Source of the DNA: an uncultured Ktedonobacterales bacterium
GTDB lineage: Bacteria; Chloroflexota; Ktedonobacteria; Ktedonobacterales; JADMIN01
Reading direction: 5' to 3'
DNA length: 59,382 nucleotides
Assembly: GCA_964416775.1 (NCBI GenBank)
Contig: CAYQFU010000001.1
Location: 22,882 to 82,263, forward strand
Shown here in pieces: positions 53,375 to 59,382 of the stretch (within the stretch, counting starts at the first letter, position 1; each line of letters starts with the position of its first letter). The notes below the pieces were generated by a model, which saw only the letters and a list, made by a program, of their open reading frames with translations, had not been told where the DNA came from and made no database searches. The position numbers and the translations under genes are program-made.

Positions 53375-55168
53375 ATGCGAAGGACGAGCGGCATCTCGGA
53401 CATGAGGGGGACGCGCGCGCGAGGGCGCGCGGCGCAGCTGGTTGGGGCGCTGGTGGCGCTCGCCATGCTGCTGGCTGGCTGCGCCTCGACGCAGTCCACG
53501 GTGGCGCCGTCGCTGGTCTCGCCCACGCAGATCTTTCGCGGCGCCGTCGTCACGGGCGGCGCGCCCAGCGAGCCGACGCTCGATCCGGCCCAGGCCATGA
53601 ACGCCGGCTCGCGTGAAATCGTCAACCTGGTCTACGATGGACTGGTGACGCTCGATCACAACATGGCCGTGGAAATGTGGGGCGCCAGCAGTGTAGACAT
53701 CAGCTCCGACGGCCTCACCTACACCTTCCACATCCGGCCAGGCCAGCTCTTCTCCGATGGCAGTCCCGTGCACGCCTCGGATTACGCCTACGGCATCAAC
53801 CGCACGCTGAATCCATGCGTCGCCTCACCGGGGGCATACTACCTCTTCGCCATCAAGGACGCCCAGACCTTCGCGGGCGAGTCGTGCGCGCATGGCACCA
53901 TCACGGCGGCGCCCGGACAGCCGCAGCAGCTAGTCACCACGCTCATCGGCGACTCCCTGACGGCCAACGATCCTACCAATACGCTGGTCGTGACGCTCGC
54001 GCACGCGTCCGCCTACTTCCTCACGGCGCTGACGTACCCCTTCGCGGACGCGCTGGAGGCCAGCGTGGTCGGCACCGATCCCACCAGTGAGGCCTGGCAG
54101 AGCCACCTCTCCGACGGGGCCACGGGCCACGGCGGGAGCGGCATGTACTACGTCAGCAAGCTCGACCGGGGTGGGGGACACATCAGCCTCAAGGCGAACC
54201 CGCACTGGTGGGGACTGGCTCAGGGCAAGCGCCCCACGCTAACGGAGATCGACTGGAGCATCTTCCCCGACGCCACCAGCGCGTACTATGCGTACACCGC
54301 CGGTCAAGTGGACGTCGCCTCTCCGCCCGCGAGTCAACTGGCGACAGGCAACTCACTGGTGGGCCTTCACCGCACGCCGCTGCTCTCGTTCAGCGCGCTG
54401 GAGATGAACTGGAAGACGCTGCCGTTCGATAGCGTGGACGCTCGGCTGGCCTTCTGCCTGGCCATCAATCGTGATGCGCTCGCTCAGGCGCTCTACCCAG
54501 GTGGCGCTGCTCAAACGGAGATGCCCACCTGGCACGCCATCGTCCAGGGCATGCCCGGCTACGACACCGACCTGATAGGCCCCGACGGCATCAGCAGCAC
54601 CAAAGGCGACGCCACGAAGGCTCAGGCGCACTGGAAGGCGTACGTTCAGTCGCTGCACGGCGCCCCTCCGCCGCTGGTCAGCTTTTATTCCCTCTCGAGC
54701 TCCGCGGCGCAGACCAGCCTGGGCACAGCACTGCGCCAGCAGTGGCAAAGCGTCCTGGGTGTGACGGTAGCGGCGAGGGCCGTCGGCGGCGGCAACGGCG
54801 AGACCAATCCGCCGACCCTCGCCGGCACGGCGCTCCATCCGTTGAACTGGACGGCGGACTACCCGGACGGGCAGGCGGTGCTGACGCAGCTGCTCCAGAC
54901 GGGTGCGCCATTCAACGACGCCCTCGTGTCGGTGCCCGACGCCGATACGCTGCTGCAAAACGCCGAAAGCAACCCTGACCAGTCCGTGCGCGCGCAGGAA
55001 TACCAGCAGGCGGAGCAGATCTTGCTCGATCAGGGGGCGCTGTGCCCCCTGTTCCAGGATGTCTCGGTGTACCAGCTGGCCACCTACGTCCACGGCTGGT
55101 CGGAGGGAGCGGATGGGGGCGTGCCGTCCAACGACGTGTGGCTCCAGACGGTGATCATGCGGCACTGA
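53375..55168 (+). CDS. family-5 ABC solute-binding lipoprotein, paralog 2
   Basis: ATG at 53375 after GAGGACGGAG (alternative at 53402). Lipobox 'LLAGC'. 'SSDGLTYTFHIRPGQLFSDGSPVHASDYAYGINRTLNPCVAS', 'TLIGDSL', 'CPLFQ'. Confidence 0.85.
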   Translation: MRRTSGISDMRGTRARGRAAQLVGALVALAMLLAGCASTQSTVAPSLVSPTQIFRGAVVTGGAPSEPTLDPAQAMNAGSREIVNLVYDGLVTLDHNMAVEMWGASSVDISSDGLTYTFHIRPGQLFSDGSPVHASDYAYGINRTLNPCVASPGAYYLFAIKDAQTFAGESCAHGTITAAPGQPQQLVTTLIGDSLTANDPTNTLVVTLAHASAYFLTALTYPFADALEASVVGTDPTSEAWQSHLSDGATGHGGSGMYYVSKLDRGGGHISLKANPHWWGLAQGKRPTLTEIDWSIFPDATSAYYAYTAGQVDVASPPASQLATGNSLVGLHRTPLLSFSALEMNWKTLPFDSVDARLAFCLAINRDALAQALYPGGAAQTEMPTWHAIVQGMPGYDTDLIGPDGISSTKGDATKAQAHWKAYVQSLHGAPPPLVSFYSLSSSAAQTSLGTALRQQWQSVLGVTVAARAVGGGNGETNPPTLAGTALHPLNWTADYPDGQAVLTQLLQTGAPFNDALVSVPDADTLLQNAESNPDQSVRAQEYQQAEQILLDQGALCPLFQDVSVYQLATYVHGWSEGADGGVPSNDVWLQTVIMRH

Positions 55169-55189
55169 TGGCCGTCCGGCGCGTCCACG

Positions 55190-56959
55190 TCACGACGCGC
55201 GCATCGCCAGCAGCGTGGCGAGGCTGTGGGCGGCGGCGGCGCGGGGGGCGAAACCCTGGCGGCGCAGCTCCACGACGAGCACGGCGAGGGGAATGCCGAG
55301 CACGAGCACGACTGTCCAGGGCTGCCAGCCACCGAAGGGAGGTGATTGGGAGAGGAAGAAGATTTCAATCTGCGCGGTGGTAGTGAGCGTCAGGACGAAG
55401 CGACGGATGGGCCGGCCCAGCGGCGTGAGGCTGATCAGGCCGACCAGCGGAATGAGATACCACGTGCGCAGCAAATGGAAGACGCAGAGGAGGGCCATCC
55501 ACATAGCATAGACCCAGGCTAGCGCGGAGGGCAGCCGTTCCCGGTTGGGCAGCGAGGGCAGCAGGAAGAAGGCGGCTGCTAGCATCAGGATGGCCTGCAC
55601 GAGCGTCCAGAACGTGGGGCTGCTCAGCACGAGAACGGCGTGGGAGAGGGCCGCCGCCAGCGGCGACGGAAAGAGGGGCGCTTGGGCGACGGCGCTGGAG
55701 AGCGTGCCAAAGCTGGATGTGAGCGCCTTCGCTAGCGCCTGCGTGGTGGGCTGGAGCCGCGACGCCGCGGCGATCCGCGCGGGCGAATGGCCCCAGAAGA
55801 ACGGCAGGTAGCCGGCTATCACGACGCCAGTCAGAACGAGAGCGGCTCTCATTGCCCTGGACCCCCTTCCCGCCGCGATGAGAAGGGGGGAGTGAGCGGT
55901 ACGGGCGCGAGCGGAGGCGAGGAGGAGGGCGGCGAGCACCAGGAGGACGAGCGGCAGTGCGCTGGCCTTGAGCAGGATGGCGCCGGCCAGGGAGACCATG
56001 GCGAGCGCCGGACGCTCGCGAGCCAGGAGATAGAGGCCCAGCAAGAGCAGGGTGAGCATGGCCACGTCGTTGTGGCCGGCGGCGACCTCCACGACGACGA
56101 GGGGATTCCAGGCGTAGAGCAGCAGCCCACGTGCCTGCCAGCTCTGGTGGCCCGCGGGGAGGCGGCGGAGGAGGGCGGCGATGAGGAGGATGTTGGCAAG
56201 ATGGGCGACGAGCGCGACCACGCGATAGACCATGTTGGCGCGCAGCGGATCAGCGCCAATCAGCGGGGCCAGCAACAGCGAGATCCCGCTCCAGAGCGGA
56301 CCGTAGGCGGTGGCAGACTGCTTCCAGTCGTTGGCGGCCAGGATGGGATCGTGGGGGTATGAGGCGGGGACGGCAAAGAACGGGTTGGCGTGATACGCGA
56401 GCAGTAGCCGGCCGCTCATGGCGTAGGCGAAGGGGTCATGCGAGGGTGCGGCCGGGGTGAAGAGCAGCACGAGGCTGAAGATGGCTGCCGCCCCGCCGAT
56501 GAGGACGACGATTCGCTGGCGCAGCGCGGGAGTGCCAGTGCCGGCATGGCGGGCGGTCCAGCGCAGGGCCAACGCGTACAGGGCGAAGAGCACGGCGATG
56601 CTGGCGGCGTAACCCAGCATGGCTGCCAGGTACGGTGCGTCGTGCGGGCTGGCGCTGGGTAGCTGGCGCGGCGCCCAGGCCACGGCCGCGCGAAAGAGCC
56701 AGGCTCCCGGCATGGTGGCGCTCACGGCGCGGTCGTAGGCGTTGGCCAGAGACCAGGTGGTGCGCACTCGCTCCGACATGCCGCCCTGGACGAGATATGC
56801 CAGCAGCGCTGCCGCGGCCAGTACCGCCAGCCCGACGAGTGGATATCGTTGGAGGACGAAGGGGAGGCTTTGGAGGCTGTCCAGCCGCGTGACCGGCGTG
56901 GATCGGGTACGAGAGGCGCGCGTGATGCTCTTTGACTCAATAATGCGGATCACTCCCAT
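55190..56959 (-). CDS. polytopic membrane protein, GT-C-fold glycosyltransferase-like (DUF2029/GT87-like pattern)
   Basis: 589 aa from ATG 56959; the longer ORF would overlap the cupin gene. More than 10 TM helices. First-loop pattern 'SHDPFAYAMSGRLL...ANPF' and 'TAYGPLW'. Confidence 0.65.
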   Translation of the reverse strand: MGVIRIIESKSITRASRTRSTPVTRLDSLQSLPFVLQRYPLVGLAVLAAAALLAYLVQGGMSERVRTTWSLANAYDRAVSATMPGAWLFRAAVAWAPRQLPSASPHDAPYLAAMLGYAASIAVLFALYALALRWTARHAGTGTPALRQRIVVLIGGAAAIFSLVLLFTPAAPSHDPFAYAMSGRLLLAYHANPFFAVPASYPHDPILAANDWKQSATAYGPLWSGISLLLAPLIGADPLRANMVYRVVALVAHLANILLIAALLRRLPAGHQSWQARGLLLYAWNPLVVVEVAAGHNDVAMLTLLLLGLYLLARERPALAMVSLAGAILLKASALPLVLLVLAALLLASARARTAHSPLLIAAGRGSRAMRAALVLTGVVIAGYLPFFWGHSPARIAAASRLQPTTQALAKALTSSFGTLSSAVAQAPLFPSPLAAALSHAVLVLSSPTFWTLVQAILMLAAAFFLLPSLPNRERLPSALAWVYAMWMALLCVFHLLRTWYLIPLVGLISLTPLGRPIRRFVLTLTTTAQIEIFFLSQSPPFGGWQPWTVVLVLGIPLAVLVVELRRQGFAPRAAAAHSLATLLAMRAS

Positions 56960-57044
56960 TCTGGCCCGCGAGGCAAACCACGAAGCCGGTGCCCCCAATC
57001 CGTGTGTCAATCTCAATCCCAATAACGCGCGACCGGCGCGAGGT

Positions 57045-57470
57045 TCACTCCGTTGGCGCGGCGCCGCGCTCTGGGGGCCCGTCGACGAGGATGACCTGGA
57101 GGGGCTCGTCTTCGGTCCAGATGGTATGGTCCAGCCCGGCAGGCCAGAGCACCGCGTCACCCGGCGTGACGGGACGCGTCTCGCCGCTTGGGCCGCCGAT
57201 GCGCACGAAGCCGCGGCCTCCCGTCACCAGCATGAGGACGGGCTGGTCGGCGCTGTGCTCCTCCATGTGGCCGTGGGGGTCGAGATACAGCGCGACGACG
57301 ACGACCGGACGATCGAGCAGGATCGGCAGGCCGTTCATGCGCGCCGCCAGGGCATCGGTGTCGCGCGCGGCAGGGAGGGAGCGATCCAGGTGGATGGGCA
57401 CGGCGTGAAGGCCCACGTGGCCTCCAGGCACGGTGGTCTTGAGGTCGGGGCTGAAGCGGCGCACTTGCAT
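57045..57470 (-). CDS. cupin-domain protein
   Basis: 141 aa from ATG 57470 (AGGAG 6 nt upstream). 'HMEEHSADQPVLMLVTGGRGFVRIGG...VTPGDAVLWPAGLDH' is the two-motif cupin pattern. Confidence 0.75.
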   Translation of the reverse strand: MQVRRFSPDLKTTVPGGHVGLHAVPIHLDRSLPAARDTDALAARMNGLPILLDRPVVVVALYLDPHGHMEEHSADQPVLMLVTGGRGFVRIGGPSGETRPVTPGDAVLWPAGLDHTIWTEDEPLQVILVDGPPERGAAPTE

Positions 57471-57695
57471 TGGAATCTCCTGTTCGCACGTGGTACTTGC
57501 CGTCCGGATTCCGGACGGACCGATGCGGTTGGGGACGCTGGGTGCCCCGCGAACGTCTCCAGGCAAGCCGGGAGTAATTGCCCGGAGGTGGGAGCTGATC
57601 GGACGCTGTGGCAGCATACGCCGCATGGCCGATGCGCTGCCATGGCACGCGTGGGAGACTGGAGAATCTTGCCTACGCCGTGCAGGTAGCGCGCT

Positions 57696-58235
57696 TCACC
57701 CGTTCGCTGCGCGACGCATCTCGATGAACTCGCGCGACATGTGCTCGCTGCTCACGCGCAGCACGCCGACACGCTCGAAGCCGGCGCGCTCGTACACACG
57801 CATGGCCCGCTGATTGAACGAGAGCACGAAGAGACGGAAGATGGAGGGCGCGTAGCGCTCGCGCGCGAAGGCGAGGCCGGCGTTGACGAAGGCCAGCCCG
57901 AGACCTTTGCCCGTGAGGTCGGGGCGCATGCCGAGGCCGACGGAGAGCATGTCGTCCGCGCGCATGAGGCCGGGCGGCCCGCTGCCCCCAACTTCGGCGG
58001 CGGTGCCAAAGGCGAAGAAGCCGATCAAGGCGCCGGTGGCATCACACACGGCGAAATACGGGCTGCGCGGATCCAGCATCTCCGCCAGCCCCGCGTCTAA
58101 CTGCCCATCGTCGACAGTGTTGTAGACCGCGTAAGGTCCCTCATAGCGCCAGGCAAGAATCGCCCGCGCGTCCGCTTCGCCCATTGGCGAGAAGTTGAAT
58201 TCCTCTGCCATACGTATTTCCGCTGCCTCCAGCAT
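57696..58235 (-). CDS. GNAT-family N-acetyltransferase
   Basis: 'LSVGLGMRPDLTGKGLGLAFVNAGLAFARE' (acetyl-CoA motif A, Q/RxxGxG/A) and 'NQRAMRVYERAGF'. Start uncertain (58235 or 58211). Confidence 0.85.
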   Translation of the reverse strand: MLEAAEIRMAEEFNFSPMGEADARAILAWRYEGPYAVYNTVDDGQLDAGLAEMLDPRSPYFAVCDATGALIGFFAFGTAAEVGGSGPPGLMRADDMLSVGLGMRPDLTGKGLGLAFVNAGLAFARERYAPSIFRLFVLSFNQRAMRVYERAGFERVGVLRVSSEHMSREFIEMRRAANG

Positions 58236-58657
58236 CCCTGACTGTGATCGGCCACGCGGCCCAATCTTCCCGCTCAGTATACCCCTGAGCAGCCAGGAAC
58301 CGCACAGCCTACCGGGATGGCGCTTCGCTCCAGGCTTGCATTGGCTGGGGACCTGTGGCGCGAAATCTGCAAGTGTCCGGTCAAACGCAACGGTTCCAGG
58401 ACTGCGGATCGGCCTGGGGTCTGGAATGGCGGCGGCCCGCCGGCATGGGTGTAGGACGCCTCAGTGCGAGCGGCCTGGGCAGGCTCCGGCGATCTGAGGC
58501 GAAGGGAGGTGGGTCGCGCTTTACAGCAGATACGGACGGTGAGCGTGCGCGCCATGCGTCACGCGCCACGCTGGGGACAGCGTAAGACATCGGCATATAT
58601 CCGATGCTCGCTCTTGGGGGCGAGGGACACAACCCACGAGACCAAGGGAGAACAAGC

Positions 58658-59382
58658 ATGCGATTGGGAATCCGACAGCTCTCGCTGCCGGGACTTGCCG
58701 TAATGGTCGGCACGGTTGCGCTACTCGCCGCGGGCTGCGGAGGAGGAGGCGCAGCGGGCAGCGGCCTTGCTAAGACCCAGGCGTTTCAGTACAACTTGCC
58801 CACGGGCGGCTCGGGCGACATCAAGACGATGGACCCCGATATCGTGGGCGACGCGAATTCGTCGATCGTGATCAACCTGACCTACGATGGGCTCGTCACG
58901 CTCGACAAAAACCTCAACGTAGAGAAATGGGGCGCCTCGAACTGGGATGTCAGCCCGGACGGGCTGACCTACACGTTCCATCTGCGCTCGGGGCAGTCCT
59001 TCTCCAACGGCACGCCAGTAACCTCGAAGGACTATGCCTATAGCTTGGAGCGGACGCTCAACCCATGCCTGGCGTCGCCGGTCTCGTACTATCTCTTTGA
59101 GCTCAAGGATGCGCAAACGTTCGCCAGCGAGACCTGCACCAATGGCGCTATCTCGGCGGCGAAGGGGCAGACGACCCCAGTGATCAAGACGCTAATTGGC
59201 GACTCGATCACCACACCCGACAATCAGACGCTGACGCTGACGCTAGCGCAGCCGGCGGCGTACTTCCTGGAGGCGATGACCTACCCGACCTCGTACGCCA
59301 TCGACCCAGCGGTGGTGGGCAACGATATTACGAGCGAGAAGTGGACGGACACGCTGAGCCAGGGCACTTCGGGCCAGGGCAC
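58658..59382 (+). CDS. family-5 ABC solute-binding lipoprotein, paralog 3 (3' end outside window)
   Basis: Absent from the ORF track because no stop falls in the window. ATG at 58658 lies 7 nt after AGGGAG. 'MRLGIRQLSLPGLAVMVGTVALLAAGCGG', 'SPDGLTYTFHLRSGQSFSNGTPVTSKDYAYSLERTLNPCLAS', 'TLIGDSI'. Confidence 0.8.
   Translation, partial: MRLGIRQLSLPGLAVMVGTVALLAAGCGGGGAAGSGLAKTQAFQYNLPTGGSGDIKTMDPDIVGDANSSIVINLTYDGLVTLDKNLNVEKWGASNWDVSPDGLTYTFHLRSGQSFSNGTPVTSKDYAYSLERTLNPCLASPVSYYLFELKDAQTFASETCTNGAISAAKGQTTPVIKTLIGDSITTPDNQTLTLTLAQPAAYFLEAMTYPTSYAIDPAVVGNDITSEKWTDTLSQGTSGQG

Noticed and set aside
56742-57689. 315-aa plus-strand ORF
   Set aside because: It is antisense to the cupin gene and the 5' end of the GT-C-like gene, with junk composition.

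Overview
High-GC (roughly two-thirds G+C by eye) bacterial chromosomal window. It is densely coding, with many lipoproteins carrying Pro/Thr-rich linkers and many spurious long antisense ORFs typical of high-GC DNA. Taxon cannot be resolved from sequence alone; the style fits Chloroflexota or Actinomycetota. Most of the window is housekeeping or metabolic: hisS, purD, murF, ddl, a full LivKHMGF branched-chain amino-acid ABC transporter, and a stress cluster (PRC/BON protein plus a CsbD-like protein). A large minus-strand purine-catabolism block is also present: xanthine-dehydrogenase-type molybdoenzyme, urate oxidase, HIU hydrolase, M20 allantoate amidohydrolase and allantoinase. Parts worth a second look: (1) a MoxR-type AAA+ ATPase tightly coupled to a VWA protein with a duplicated zincin-like module, one copy HCLLH (degenerate) and one HELLH (intact). 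An orphan membrane protein/hydrolase operon lies divergent to it. (2) Three copies within 2.7 kb of an identically spaced promoter-like module, GTTTTGAAAC-N6-TTGNNN-N18-TAnACT. They sit in front of two convergent paralogous lipoproteins and an ABM-domain ORF that reads through into an IS5-family transposase remnant. (3) A ~770-nt noncoding region upstream of the uricase operon, with an ACGGAGG/CCTCCGT iteron-like array, a (GGT)n tract and GC hairpins. (4) Three paralogous family-5 solute-binding lipoproteins with no transporter genes nearby, interleaved with a visibly low-GC metallo-beta-lactamase gene and a GT-C-like/cupin/GNAT trio. (5) A purine cluster lacking a recognisable OHCU decarboxylase or XdhC but containing non-canonical members. 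No rRNA, tRNA or CRISPR array was found. All functional calls rest on motif-level reading of the translations; no database search was possible.
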